Shown piece after piece: positions 18,686 through 26,878 of a stretch of DNA of 37,370 nt (positions within the stretch are counted from its first letter, which is position 1; the number at the start of each line of letters is the position of its first letter). Under the pieces are notes generated by a model. The model was not told the origin of the DNA, did no database searches, and saw only the letters and a list, made by a program, of their open reading frames with translations. The DNA is taken from positions 1 to 37,370 of IMG/VR virus record IMGVR_UViG_3300048853_000106, one strand, 5' to 3'. Origin of the DNA: a virus (taxonomy: Duplodnaviria > Caudoviricetes). The position numbers and the translations under genes are program-made.

Positions 18686-19936
18686 TCAGGCGCCTCCGAG
18701 TGATCTGTAGTTGAGTGAGCCGCCCCAGTCCTCGTTGCGCATGTCGTCGGCGTTGATTGCGACATAGCGGAGGTTGTCGGCGCCGTGGCTCCACTCATCG
18801 TGAAGCGGGGCGCCCGGCTCGTTGGTCTGCTTGTTGATCGACCGGCGGTAGCGCTTGGCGCACTGCACCAGACGCGCGGTGCGGTCCTTGTCAAAGTACA
18901 TCCGCCCGAAGGCCATACGCGTGACGCGGATACCGTCTTCGACGCTCATGTTGGGTGTGATGCGCACCGACCAGCCCAGCGCTTCCATTATTTCCTTGGC
19001 GCTCTTGCCGGTCTGGATGTTCTTGTGCTCGCCATCGTGGGGCAGGTAGACGTTGCCCCAGTTGTACGCCTTGAGCTTCAGATCGGCCGAGTAGCTGTCG
19101 AGCGTGCGCCGGTTGTCCTCGATGTATTCAATCACCCGCAGCTCGGACGACTGCCGCTGGACCAGGCTGATCGCCATGGCGTCGTTCCAGCCGAGGTCGA
19201 ACACGACGTGGACCTTGAGCATCGGGTCATATGGGACGTTGCAGATGCGCTTGTCGGCCTCGACCTTCGTCATCTCGTCGTAGTAGATCGCGCCGGCCAC
19301 CGCAGGCTTACACAGCCCACCCCAGATGTTGTCGTAGTCCTTCGGCTGCTTTACCAGGCAGTCCAGCCGCTCCTGCTCCAGCTTGTCGGTGAACCAGGGG
19401 TTGTCGTTGAAGTTCATCTGCACGACAACCGCACCAGTCGGCGGGCTGGCCACGAACATCTGGTAGGTCACGTCCGTTTCCAACTCGGGGTTGAACGTGA
19501 TCCAGATCTCGGAGCCGGGCTTGCGGATGGTGGGGCGCAGCACGTCCCACGACTTCTTGCTGACGGCCTGGGCCTCTTCAACCCAGCAGATGTCGACGCC
19601 CTCGAACGACTTGATCGTGGTGACCGTGTGCTGAGCCAAGCCGGAATAGGCGAACGTTGTGCCGTTCTTGCCGCGAATCTCGTACTGCAGCACCTCGTAG
19701 AAGTCGCCCAGGCCCATTTCCATGATCTGGTCCTTCAGCAGCGTGTGCACTGAGTCCTCGATCGACTTTTGCACTTCGCGCGCGCACAGGATGCGCAGAG
19801 GACGCTGGGCGCCCAAAATGAGCATTGCTCGAGCGAAGCCCCAGCTCTTACCAGAGCCGCGGCCACCGTGGGCCACCTTGTAGGGCGCCGGCTCGAACAG
19901 GAATGCGAGTTTTTCGGGGAACTTAGCTGTTTCCAT
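18686..19936 (-). CDS. terL: Terminase large subunit (PBSX family)
   Basis: Walker A GGRGSGKS, Walker B WVEEA, TFNP, nuclease DLGWND and HGAD. Confidence 0.95.
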   Translation of the reverse strand: METAKFPEKLAFLFEPAPYKVAHGGRGSGKSWGFARAMLILGAQRPLRILCAREVQKSIEDSVHTLLKDQIMEMGLGDFYEVLQYEIRGKNGTTFAYSGLAQHTVTTIKSFEGVDICWVEEAQAVSKKSWDVLRPTIRKPGSEIWITFNPELETDVTYQMFVASPPTGAVVVQMNFNDNPWFTDKLEQERLDCLVKQPKDYDNIWGGLCKPAVAGAIYYDEMTKVEADKRICNVPYDPMLKVHVVFDLGWNDAMAISLVQRQSSELRVIEYIEDNRRTLDSYSADLKLKAYNWGNVYLPHDGEHKNIQTGKSAKEIMEALGWSVRITPNMSVEDGIRVTRMAFGRMYFDKDRTARLVQCAKRYRRSINKQTNEPGAPLHDEWSHGADNLRYVAINADDMRNEDWGGSLNYRSLGGA

Positions 19937-20453
19937 TGGGTTTCACGAACTCGACCTTGATGCCGGTGAACAGGCCGGAGCCGTCGGGGTTGGTGTGTTC
20001 TTGGGTCACCTTGTCGCCGTAGCGCTTCGGGTCCCACTTCGCCAGCAGCTTCAGGCGCGTCTCGACGCGGAGCTTGCTGCGGCTGATCCATTCGGTGTTG
20101 GCGCGGTCGCCGTTCTCGCCGATCACCGTGTCGAAAGCCGTCTCGTCGGCGATCTCCAGGCATTCCTCGGCGATGGCGTCGAACCCGGCCTCGCGTGCGT
20201 GCGCGATGCGTTTGGAAAACTCTTCGTGCGCCGCCTTCCATCCGTAGACGGTTTGCCAAGCTGGCATCCGTTCATCGCGGCAGATTTGGCGCAGTGGTTC
20301 ACCTTGCGACAGGCGCTCGCAAATCTCGTCCGCCACTTCCTGCGTGAACGTGCTCGGGCGCCCCGGCTTCGCGGGCGGTGCTGGTGGTGGCGACCCGGCC
20401 TCAGCCTTCTCCGCTTTCTTGCGCGGGGTCTTGGCTGGTTTGGTATCGCTCAT
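19923..20453 (-). CDS. terS: Terminase small subunit (Sf6 gp1-like)
   Basis: 176 aa from ATG 20453; GRPS.F...ADEICERL..GE.LR.IC....MP...TV..W and ETRLKLLAKWDPKRYGDK. Confidence 0.9.
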   Translation of the reverse strand: MSDTKPAKTPRKKAEKAEAGSPPPAPPAKPGRPSTFTQEVADEICERLSQGEPLRQICRDERMPAWQTVYGWKAAHEEFSKRIAHAREAGFDAIAEECLEIADETAFDTVIGENGDRANTEWISRSKLRVETRLKLLAKWDPKRYGDKVTQEHTNPDGSGLFTGIKVEFVKPNGNS

Positions 20454-20462
20454 GGTCGCGGA

Positions 20463-20489
20463 ATAAAAAAGCCCAGCACGTGGCTGGGC
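20463..20489 (-). terminator. Intrinsic terminator immediately upstream of terS
   Basis: GCCCAGC-CACGT-GCTGGGC-TTTTTTAT on the minus strand. Confidence 0.8.
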
Positions 20490-20736
20490 GAAGGCCCCGT
20501 TCGACGAGGGCCAGGAGACAAGGAGGGTGGACAGCCCCGCGATGTGCCGCACACGGCGGACGAAGGGGTGGGCGGGCGTCCACCACACGGAAGGCGACCG
20601 AGAACGGCGTCTGGATCGAATTGCGTGTGGTCACCCCTTACGAGGGTGAGGCGCGAAGCTCCCATGAGGCAGGGTTGGGTCCCGTGGCAACTGCTGTGCA
20701 GCGGTGCCGACGCGCTGCGCTTCGGTGGTGCTCGGG
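20463..20736 (-). ncRNA. Candidate structured non-coding RNA between acb2 and terS
   Basis: About 275 nt with no convincing ORF, six inverted repeats, twin CUCCU motifs and a terminator at the 3' end. Confidence 0.4.
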
Positions 20737-21006
20737 TTAGAACGTGGTTGGCTGCGCGATGCCGCGGATCACAGCCATGAAGCCGCGCTGCAGATCGGTT
20801 GCACCGATGCTGATCCAGCGCTGATCGAGGGAGCGCGGCGCATCACCACTGGTCGGCGGCGTTTGAGCGATCGCCTTGTCGCGGGCACGCAGCTTTTCGA
20901 TGTACGCGCCGCACTGCTCGGCCAGGGCCTTCCCCTCGTTCATGAGGTCGATCTCTTCCTGCGACAGGTCGCGGTAGCCGGTGATCTTCTTGTGTTGGTT
21001 GTCCAT
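20737..21006 (-). CDS. acb2: Anti-CBASS cyclic-nucleotide sponge Acb2
   Basis: 89 aa, MDNQHKKITGYRDLSQEEIDLMNEGK...RWISIGATDLQRGFMAVIRGIAQPTTF, closely matches the Acb2 N- and C-terminal signatures as I recall them. GGAG RBS. Confidence 0.9.
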   Translation of the reverse strand: MDNQHKKITGYRDLSQEEIDLMNEGKALAEQCGAYIEKLRARDKAIAQTPPTSGDAPRSLDQRWISIGATDLQRGFMAVIRGIAQPTTF

Positions 21007-21046
21007 TCGCTCTCCAGTGGGTTGCCGTCGTCGGCGCACCACCCGG

Positions 21047-21076
21047 AAACGAAAAAGCCCGCTCAGTGGCGGGCTT
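21047..21076 (-). terminator. tR'-like terminator of late leader
   Basis: AAGCCCGC-CACTGA-GCGGGCTT-TTTCGTTT, about 100 nt downstream of the pR'-like promoter. Confidence 0.82.
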
Positions 21077-21157
21077 CGATCATCGTCTTGTAGGGACGAG
21101 CGTCATCCTGGTGGAATCGCTCGTCGAATTTCTAGACGGAATTAAGTTGTAGCTTGG

Positions 21158-21186
21158 AATGTACTGCTGAGATTTCCAGCTGTCAA
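21158..21186 (-). promoter_or_regulatory. pR'-like late promoter
   Basis: TTGACA (21186-21181), 17 bp, TACATT (21163-21158); downstream of the Q-like gene and followed by a terminator. Confidence 0.8.
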
Positions 21187-21191
21187 GAAGA

Positions 21192-21566
21192 TTAATCTTC
21201 GTCTGGATGAATGAAGCCGATTGGCGGCTTCTTCTCGCCACCCTGCAGCTTCACGGCAACAAGCGTGAAGTTGAGCTGCGAAACGCTTTGGAACACACGC
21301 GCGAAATCTCCGTCGCTGGTCTCGCCATCGAAACAGATGAGCGATGGAGTGGCGTAGCTGACATTTTCCACGTTGATCCGCATGCCGCCGTCGTTATTCA
21401 ATTGCATGGCAAGCGACTCATCGTCCTCAAGCTCGACCATAAACTGTTTGATCTGGCGCTTGATCGCTTCGAACACGGCTTCAGCTGGATTGTCGCGAGC
21501 ATACTGATCTGCTCTACGTTGCTGATCCAATTGCACGGATATTGGGACATGCATTTTGCTCTCCAT
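21192..21566 (-). CDS. DUF6173-like protein (lower-GC moron)
   Basis: NPAE..FE.I...I..F...L, P.LI.F.G, QSVSQLNF.L and terminal PIGF pattern; start uncertain. Confidence 0.7.
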   Translation of the reverse strand: MESKMHVPISVQLDQQRRADQYARDNPAEAVFEAIKRQIKQFMVELEDDESLAMQLNNDGGMRINVENVSYATPSLICFDGETSDGDFARVFQSVSQLNFTLVAVKLQGGEKKPPIGFIHPDED

Positions 21567-21617
21567 ATTTTTATACGCGACCGATTCGCGTTGCTTTGAT
21601 GCTAACACATGGCTGCT

Positions 21618-22115
21618 CTATGGAGACTTCAACAACAACGACTCCACCGCGGCCTGCGCCTGCCGGAACAAGTTCACGAACACTGTCGCAGGCTTGTGTT
21701 CGATGCTCATCTTGCGGCATACGACATTGGGCTGGGCCTGGCGGATGTAGCACCACCACAGCAGCATGCGGTGCTGGGTGCTCAGGTGGCGCATGGCGAG
21801 CTCCAGTCGTAGTGCGTCAGGCTCGTCCACTTGCCGGCGCTCGCCAGTGGGCTGTTCGACAATGCCGGCTTCACGCTTGGCGCGGTCGATCATCTTGGCG
21901 GTGGTGCTGCTGCCGATCTGACGTTCGCTCTCGGTTGCCCAGCGGGCCCAGTTCTCGAGGCGGGCGCCGATCTCGCGGCGCTCGGGCTCGTGTGGTGTTG
22001 GCGGGGTGGTGGCCACGGCCAGGTGCGGCACTTCGGCGAAGTCGTCCACGCGGCGCGCCGGCGTGCCGGGCCGCCAGCCGAGGGTGATGCGCTCACGGCG
22101 TTCGATCGTCGTCAT
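21618..22115 (-). CDS. Late antiterminator Q-like protein
   Basis: RLENWARW...DAL.LE.AM..L...R.LL...YI plus a C-terminal HTH-like segment; last nin-region gene before the late promoter. Confidence 0.7.
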   Translation of the reverse strand: MTTIERRERITLGWRPGTPARRVDDFAEVPHLAVATTPPTPHEPERREIGARLENWARWATESERQIGSSTTAKMIDRAKREAGIVEQPTGERRQVDEPDALRLELAMRHLSTQHRMLLWWCYIRQAQPNVVCRKMSIEHKPATVFVNLFRQAQAAVESLLLKSP

Positions 22116-22462
22116 GGGCGGCTCCCGAACAGCGCCCACACCAGCGGATCCTGCGGGATCGGCTTGGCCTCCCAGGTCTGCACCGTGCGTTGCTTGGGCT
22201 GGCCGATGCCGGGCGTCGGGTTGTCCGGATCGAAGTCTGGCGCCGGACCCGCCTCCCACTTCGCGCGCCGCTCGTTCAGCAGGTTGATGCGGTGGATCTT
22301 GCCTTGCTGCTGCAGCCGGTGCACAGCCATGGTGGCCGAGCCGGGAGTGATGTCGAGTTCGGTCACCAGCTCACGGGTCAGGATGCCCGGCCGCTTCTTG
22401 ATGTGCGCTTCGACGCGCTCGTTCACGGTGGGCGGGACGAATTTGGGAATGGTCATGTCCAT
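22112..22462 (-). CDS. Winged-helix DNA-binding protein
   Basis: PGILTRELVTELDITPGSATMAVHRLQQQGKI wHTH pattern. Confidence 0.7.
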   Translation of the reverse strand: MDMTIPKFVPPTVNERVEAHIKKRPGILTRELVTELDITPGSATMAVHRLQQQGKIHRINLLNERRAKWEAGPAPDFDPDNPTPGIGQPKQRTVQTWEAKPIPQDPLVWALFGSRP

Positions 22463-22464
22463 GG

Positions 22465-23118
22465 TCAGATTCCAAGTGCGGCGAAAGCGCCTTGTGGTTT
22501 CGTGATGAGCGGCGCCGGCATCGGTTTGCCGGGTGTCTCGTAGCGATGCTTTTTCCCTTTGGCGTTGGCCGAACGCTGGATGGTGCCGGCGGCGCGCAGC
22601 TTTTCGACGGCCGTCCGGGTCGAGCGCTCGCCCGCGCTCATCTTGGCGGCCAGCTGGTCGACGGTGTAGCCGGGGCATTCGGCCAGGATCGAGAGGATGC
22701 GCGGCTCAAGAGACTGGTCCATGCGCAGGCGGTTCCGCTTGCGGTGCTCAAGCGGGACGGCGTCGCGGCGCTGCCGATGGCGGGCGCGCGATAGCTCGCG
22801 GGTGCGCTGGAGGCGAACCGGATCGGCCAGGACCGCCGCATAGCGCTCCTGGTTCGTCTTCGCGGTCATCGGCTCGTCCGGCTCCGCCCCCAGGCCGTAC
22901 AGCCGGCGCTTCGTGCCGTTCACCACCTCATAGCCGGCCACCCGCACGCGGCGCGGCTCTGCGCCCAAGTAGCGCAGGTATTCGGTCACCCCGGACTGGT
23001 CGCAGTGCAGCTTCTCGGCCAGGGTGCGTGCCGGCAGCATGCCGTCGGCGAGCAGTTCGAGCAGGCGTATGATGCGCAGTTGGGCGCGCTTCGACTGGAA
23101 TGTGACGTTGCGCTTCAC
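22465..23118 (-). CDS. Protein with two HTH/wHTH domains
   Basis: ARTLAEKLHCDQSGVTEYLRYL and TVDQLAAKMSAGERSTRTAVEKLRAAG. Confidence 0.72.
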   Translation of the reverse strand: MKRNVTFQSKRAQLRIIRLLELLADGMLPARTLAEKLHCDQSGVTEYLRYLGAEPRRVRVAGYEVVNGTKRRLYGLGAEPDEPMTAKTNQERYAAVLADPVRLQRTRELSRARHRQRRDAVPLEHRKRNRLRMDQSLEPRILSILAECPGYTVDQLAAKMSAGERSTRTAVEKLRAAGTIQRSANAKGKKHRYETPGKPMPAPLITKPQGAFAALGI

Positions 23119-23714
23119 GCTTTCTCCTTCATTTTCTTGAGCTGCGCGCGGAAGTCAGCCTTCATCTCGAGCAGCTGGGGGATCGTCCAGCCGCCGCCGG
23201 CCTGGTCGCATTCGAGCGCGTCGACGGCAGCGGCGCCGATGCGCGCGATCAGGCCGATGCGGTAGTCAGCGGCGTTGCCGGCGCGGTAGCGGTTGCACTT
23301 CTTGCACTGGCCATGGGCGTTGCGCAGGTCGAAGCGCAGGTGCGGCGCGCTGCCGCGGCTCCGGTAGTGGCCACAGTCGAAGCCACCGCCCGGCTGGTCG
23401 GCCAGCGTCGGCAGGTGCACCGGGCAGCTGATGCAGAACTGGTTGCGGTCGCGGTAGCGCACCAGCGCGTTAAACGCCACCTGGACGTCGGCGATGTGCT
23501 CGCTGCGCGTCTTGAGGCGGAAGCGCTGGGCGCGGTCGGCCTTGGCCTCGGTCTTCTTGCGCGTCGCCACCGCGTGCAGACCGGCGCAGGCCGGCGAGCA
23601 CACCGTGTGCATGCTGCTGCGCGGGGTGAACTTCTCCCGGCACTCGGCGCACTTCTTCTGGCGCGCGGGCTTGAGGGTGCCAGTGCGGGCGATGGGGGTG
23701 CGGTTGAGCGTCAT
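23115..23714 (-). CDS. ninG: NinG/Rap recombination endonuclease
   Basis: CxxC...CSxxC, FN..VR.RD...CISC, DCGHYRSRGSAPHLRF..N.HGQC..CN. Confidence 0.93.
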   Translation of the reverse strand: MTLNRTPIARTGTLKPARQKKCAECREKFTPRSSMHTVCSPACAGLHAVATRKKTEAKADRAQRFRLKTRSEHIADVQVAFNALVRYRDRNQFCISCPVHLPTLADQPGGGFDCGHYRSRGSAPHLRFDLRNAHGQCKKCNRYRAGNAADYRIGLIARIGAAAVDALECDQAGGGWTIPQLLEMKADFRAQLKKMKEKA

Positions 23715-24631
23715 GCAGCCGCCAGCATCGCAGTGATGACGTCGCGCGCGGCCGGCGGGCACACAGCGTTACCAAGCATGTGGACGGCTTCGGCGTGCTT
23801 GGCCGGCAATATGTAGTCGTCCGGGAACCCCATCGCCGCGCGGCACTCCTGGGCGGTCAGCATGCGCGTGCGTTCGCCGTCGACTACGCCCCAACGGTCC
23901 TTCGTCGTGATCGTGCCGAGTGGGCGGCTCAGGCAGCGGCCGGTCAGGCCAGATCCGCCGCCGTAGTACGGCATCACGAAGCGGTCGCCGTGCGCGGTCC
24001 GGCCAGCCTGCACGCGCCGCAGCGTCGCGGCAGCGCGGCCAGGCTTCTCGATGGGCTGCCATTTGCCAGCGCCGAAGTCGATGATGCTGCTGGCCGGCAC
24101 GTGCGCGCGCTTCTCCAGTTCGAGCATGATCGAGTGCTTGGCGCGGGCGGCGATGATGAACAGGCGCTCGCGGTGCTGCGGCACACCATGGTCGGCCGCG
24201 TCGACCAACGTCGGCGTGAGCGCGTAGCCCAACGCGTCCATCGCCGCGCACCAAGCCGGGTACAACGCCCAGCGGGTGAACTCGGGCACGTTCTCGATCA
24301 CCGCGAACGCCGGGCGGTGGTATTCGACCGCCGAGATCACGGCCCAGGCGGTCGATCGGCTCGCGTCATGCTGCGGATTGCCGTTGGCCTTGCCACGGGC
24401 TGGGCTATGCCCTTGGCAGCACGGTGACGCCAGCAGCAGGTCGTGCGCCGGCACATCGCGCCAGTTCGCCTGCTGCAGGTCTTGGCAAAGGTGCGCGGCA
24501 CCAGGGTGGTTTTGCGAGTGGATCTCGACTGCGGCGCGCCAGTGGTTGGCGGCGAATACGACTTCGATTCCGGCCATGGTGGCGCCGGCACTGAATCCGC
24601 CGAGGCCGGCGAAGAGGTCTGCTGCTTTCAC
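23711..24631 (-). CDS. C5 DNA cytosine methyltransferase
   Basis: GTG start with GGAGA RBS; motifs DLFAGLGG (I), SPCCQGHS (IV), ENV (VI), PQ.RER (VIII), GNAV (X). Confidence 0.93.
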   Translation of the reverse strand: MKAADLFAGLGGFSAGATMAGIEVVFAANHWRAAVEIHSQNHPGAAHLCQDLQQANWRDVPAHDLLLASPCCQGHSPARGKANGNPQHDASRSTAWAVISAVEYHRPAFAVIENVPEFTRWALYPAWCAAMDALGYALTPTLVDAADHGVPQHRERLFIIAARAKHSIMLELEKRAHVPASSIIDFGAGKWQPIEKPGRAAATLRRVQAGRTAHGDRFVMPYYGGGSGLTGRCLSRPLGTITTKDRWGVVDGERTRMLTAQECRAAMGFPDDYILPAKHAEAVHMLGNAVCPPAARDVITAMLAAA

Positions 24632-24714
24632 GCTTTCTCCAATTCTTGTTGTTGTTCCTGCTGCTGCGCTACATACCGCGCACGCGGCGCCCGGTCCTTC
24701 GCTTCCTGGGTCAC
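24628..24714 (-). CDS. Putative 28-aa coupling peptide
   Basis: GTGA overlaps at both ends; translation VTQEAKDRAPRARYVAQQQEQQQELEKA. Confidence 0.4.
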   Translation of the reverse strand: MTQEAKDRAPRARYVAQQQEQQQELEKA

Positions 24715-24941
24715 AGTGCCGTCCCGAGCTGGTCGTTGACATAGCCACGCGCCAGCTCGAGCGCCTTTTCATTCAGGCCAAACTTCAGCGCGTAGTGCAG
24801 CTCGCTGAGAGCGCTGATCGCCGCCTCCTCGGACATGCCGCCGCCGACCGTGACATTGCGGGACTCGAGCTCCGCGACCAGATCGTCGGTGTCGAAATCG
24901 TCCAGATCCACTTCCACTTCGACGCTTATCGTTTTGTACAT
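24711..24941 (-). CDS. Small acidic phage protein
   Basis: 76 aa, VEVEVDLDDFDTDDLVAELESR; GGAGAG RBS. Confidence 0.75.
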   Translation of the reverse strand: MYKTISVEVEVDLDDFDTDDLVAELESRNVTVGGGMSEEAAISALSELHYALKFGLNEKALELARGYVNDQLGTAL

Positions 24942-24959
24942 TTTTCTCTCCGTGTGTCG

Positions 24960-25190
24960 TTATGCGCTCACGCGCTGGTCGGTTTGTTGGTGATGGTGCT
25001 GCTCGAGGAACGCACGGCGCTCGGCGATCTGACCGGCCGGCGCGGGCTTGAACAGCACCGTCGGCGGCGCGTCGGCGCGTACGTACCGTTCGTAGCCGGT
25101 GCAGTAGCCGAGGCCTTTGGCGGCCTGCTCCGCGTGGCCTTGGCGGGTAAATCGCGCGCACATGGCGCAGGGGTCGTGTTCGCGCGTCAT
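24960..25190 (-). CDS. Small Cys-containing hypothetical protein
   Basis: 76 aa from ATG 25190 (ATGA overlap); CxxC...GYC. Confidence 0.65.
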   Translation of the reverse strand: MTREHDPCAMCARFTRQGHAEQAAKGLGYCTGYERYVRADAPPTVLFKPAPAGQIAERRAFLEQHHHQQTDQRVSA

Positions 25191-25987
25191 GGCCGGCGCT
25201 CTCCGATGTGGTGGACGGTGGCCGTCGGCTGCTGACCGGTTTTGCGTGCATCGGCCCAGGTGAAGGCGCAGACGAAGGCGTTTTCGTGCAGGCGGCTGTG
25301 CACGCGGTCGCCGACAAACTTCGCCAGGTCGGCCAGCGGCTGGTTGCTGATCGCGATCACCGGCTTCTGCTCGTTGTAGCGGCGGTTGATCACCTCGGTC
25401 AGCAGCAAGTTCGCGTTCTCGCGGTCGGGCTTGGCGTCGATCTCGTCCAGGATCAGCACGTCGTATTGCAGGAAGCGCAGAATCTCGCCTTCCTGGCTCT
25501 TGCCTTCGTGGCTGTAGCTGGCCTGGATTTCGCTGATCATCCCGTTCGCCGTGATGTAGCGGATCGAGCGCACAGCGTTCTTGATGAGGGACTGCGCCAG
25601 GTCGCACGCCAGCAGCGTCTTTCCGGTGCCGGTGGTGCCGGACAGGATCAGCGCGGCCCAAGCCGGCTCGCCCAGGATGAAGTCGCGGAACAGGCGCGTG
25701 GTGTGGCGCACGCCTTTCTGCTCGGGCGTGGTGGCGACGAACTGCTGATCGACGTACTTGCGCGGGATGGTGGCGGCGGACATCAGCGCGGCCGCGCGCT
25801 CGGTCATCCAGCGGTCACGTGCTTCGGCGGCCAACTCGGCGTCCAGGCAGCGCGGGCAATGCCAGGCGGCGCCAGTGCGCACCAGGACTTCGGCGGGGCC
25901 GTGCTGCTCGCAGGTGCCGGCCAGCATGCCCATGCGGCTCAGGCCGGGGATCAGGTTTTGAATCGGTTCCATGGTCATCTCCATCAC
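25187..25987 (-). CDS. DnaC/IstB-like AAA+ helicase loader
   Basis: CxxH..CxxC zinc motif, Walker A GTTGTGKT, Walker B LILDEI, INRRY, GDRV.SRL. Confidence 0.92.
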   Translation of the reverse strand: MMEMTMEPIQNLIPGLSRMGMLAGTCEQHGPAEVLVRTGAAWHCPRCLDAELAAEARDRWMTERAAALMSAATIPRKYVDQQFVATTPEQKGVRHTTRLFRDFILGEPAWAALILSGTTGTGKTLLACDLAQSLIKNAVRSIRYITANGMISEIQASYSHEGKSQEGEILRFLQYDVLILDEIDAKPDRENANLLLTEVINRRYNEQKPVIAISNQPLADLAKFVGDRVHSRLHENAFVCAFTWADARKTGQQPTATVHHIGERRP

Positions 25988-26877
25988 AGCGGGGTGTCGT
26001 CATCGAGGTCGGCAGCCGTCACACCGCGCGCAGCCAGTCCGGCCTGCATCGCGGCCACGTCTGCGGACCGGTCGACGCCGGCGAAGTGGAACTTCTGCGA
26101 CTGGCCGCCTGGTCGCGGCGCAGCTCGGCGTTCGGGCGGGTTCAGCAGGCGCTCAACGATCGGCGCCAGGTACTGCGGCGGGATGCTCTCGTTGCCCTTG
26201 TGCTCTCGGGCGATTTGCACCGCCTCGATCAGCACCTCATGCGCCACCCCGCGGTCGGCCCAGCCGATGACGATCGGGTTCATCGAGGTCGCGCCGACGC
26301 CGAGAGGGCGCAGCAGCACGGCGATGGCTGCCGCTGGGCTGGTCGGCTCGGGTAAGTCCTGACGAGCAGGGAGGGGCGCTGCTGCCGGCGGGTCGAAGTC
26401 GTCCAGGCCGACAGGCTGACCGTCGCCGCCGCCCGTCGCCGGCGCGCTCGCGTCGGTGGTGGTGATGGATTCAGGATTCAGGTTAAGGGATGAGGGATTC
26501 AGCCCGGTCGGTTCCGGAATTTCCGGTGCTTGCACCGTACTAGCACCGTGCTTGTCTGGTGCAGGTATCTCACTGGCCGATTCTTTGATGTGAGGGTTCT
26601 GGTGCTTGCCGAAATTCGTCACCTGAATGTACCGGCGTTCGCCGTGCGCGTACCGGATGATGAAGCCATGGGTTTCGAGTTCGCCCAGCAGCTCGTCGGC
26701 ATTGCAGGTGTCGTACGGGAGAATCTCGGCTTTGATCTTCTTCGGGCGATCTTCCATGCGGCCTTCGCGGTCGCAGTGAAGCCAGAGGCCAGCGAACAGC
26801 AGGCGGGCCAGGGGCGAGCACTCGGCCAGCATGTCGTTCGTGAAGAAGCCGGGTTTGATGTTGCGTGCGCGGGCCAT
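25984..26877 (-). CDS. Phage replication initiator protein
   Basis: MARARNIKPGFF...RLLF.GLW...DREGR..D.P..IK N-terminus; precedes the DnaC-like gene. Confidence 0.85.
   Translation of the reverse strand: MARARNIKPGFFTNDMLAECSPLARLLFAGLWLHCDREGRMEDRPKKIKAEILPYDTCNADELLGELETHGFIIRYAHGERRYIQVTNFGKHQNPHIKESASEIPAPDKHGASTVQAPEIPEPTGLNPSSLNLNPESITTTDASAPATGGGDGQPVGLDDFDPPAAAPLPARQDLPEPTSPAAAIAVLLRPLGVGATSMNPIVIGWADRGVAHEVLIEAVQIAREHKGNESIPPQYLAPIVERLLNPPERRAAPRPGGQSQKFHFAGVDRSADVAAMQAGLAARGVTAADLDDDTPL
26467..26553. repeat. Candidate replication origin iterons inside initiator gene
   Basis: Five tandem 7-mers GGATTCA GGATTCA GGTTAAG GGATGAG GGATTCA (26467-26501) and two 11-mers GCACCGTACTA/GCACCGTGCTT (26532-26553). 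Confidence 0.6.
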
Positions 26878-26878
26878 G

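Noticed and set aside
20401-20665. 71-77 aa minus-strand ORFs and the terS N-terminal extension in the acb2-terS gap
   Set aside because: No convincing RBS, Pro/Arg/Cys-rich non-protein-like composition, and they cross a strong terminator.
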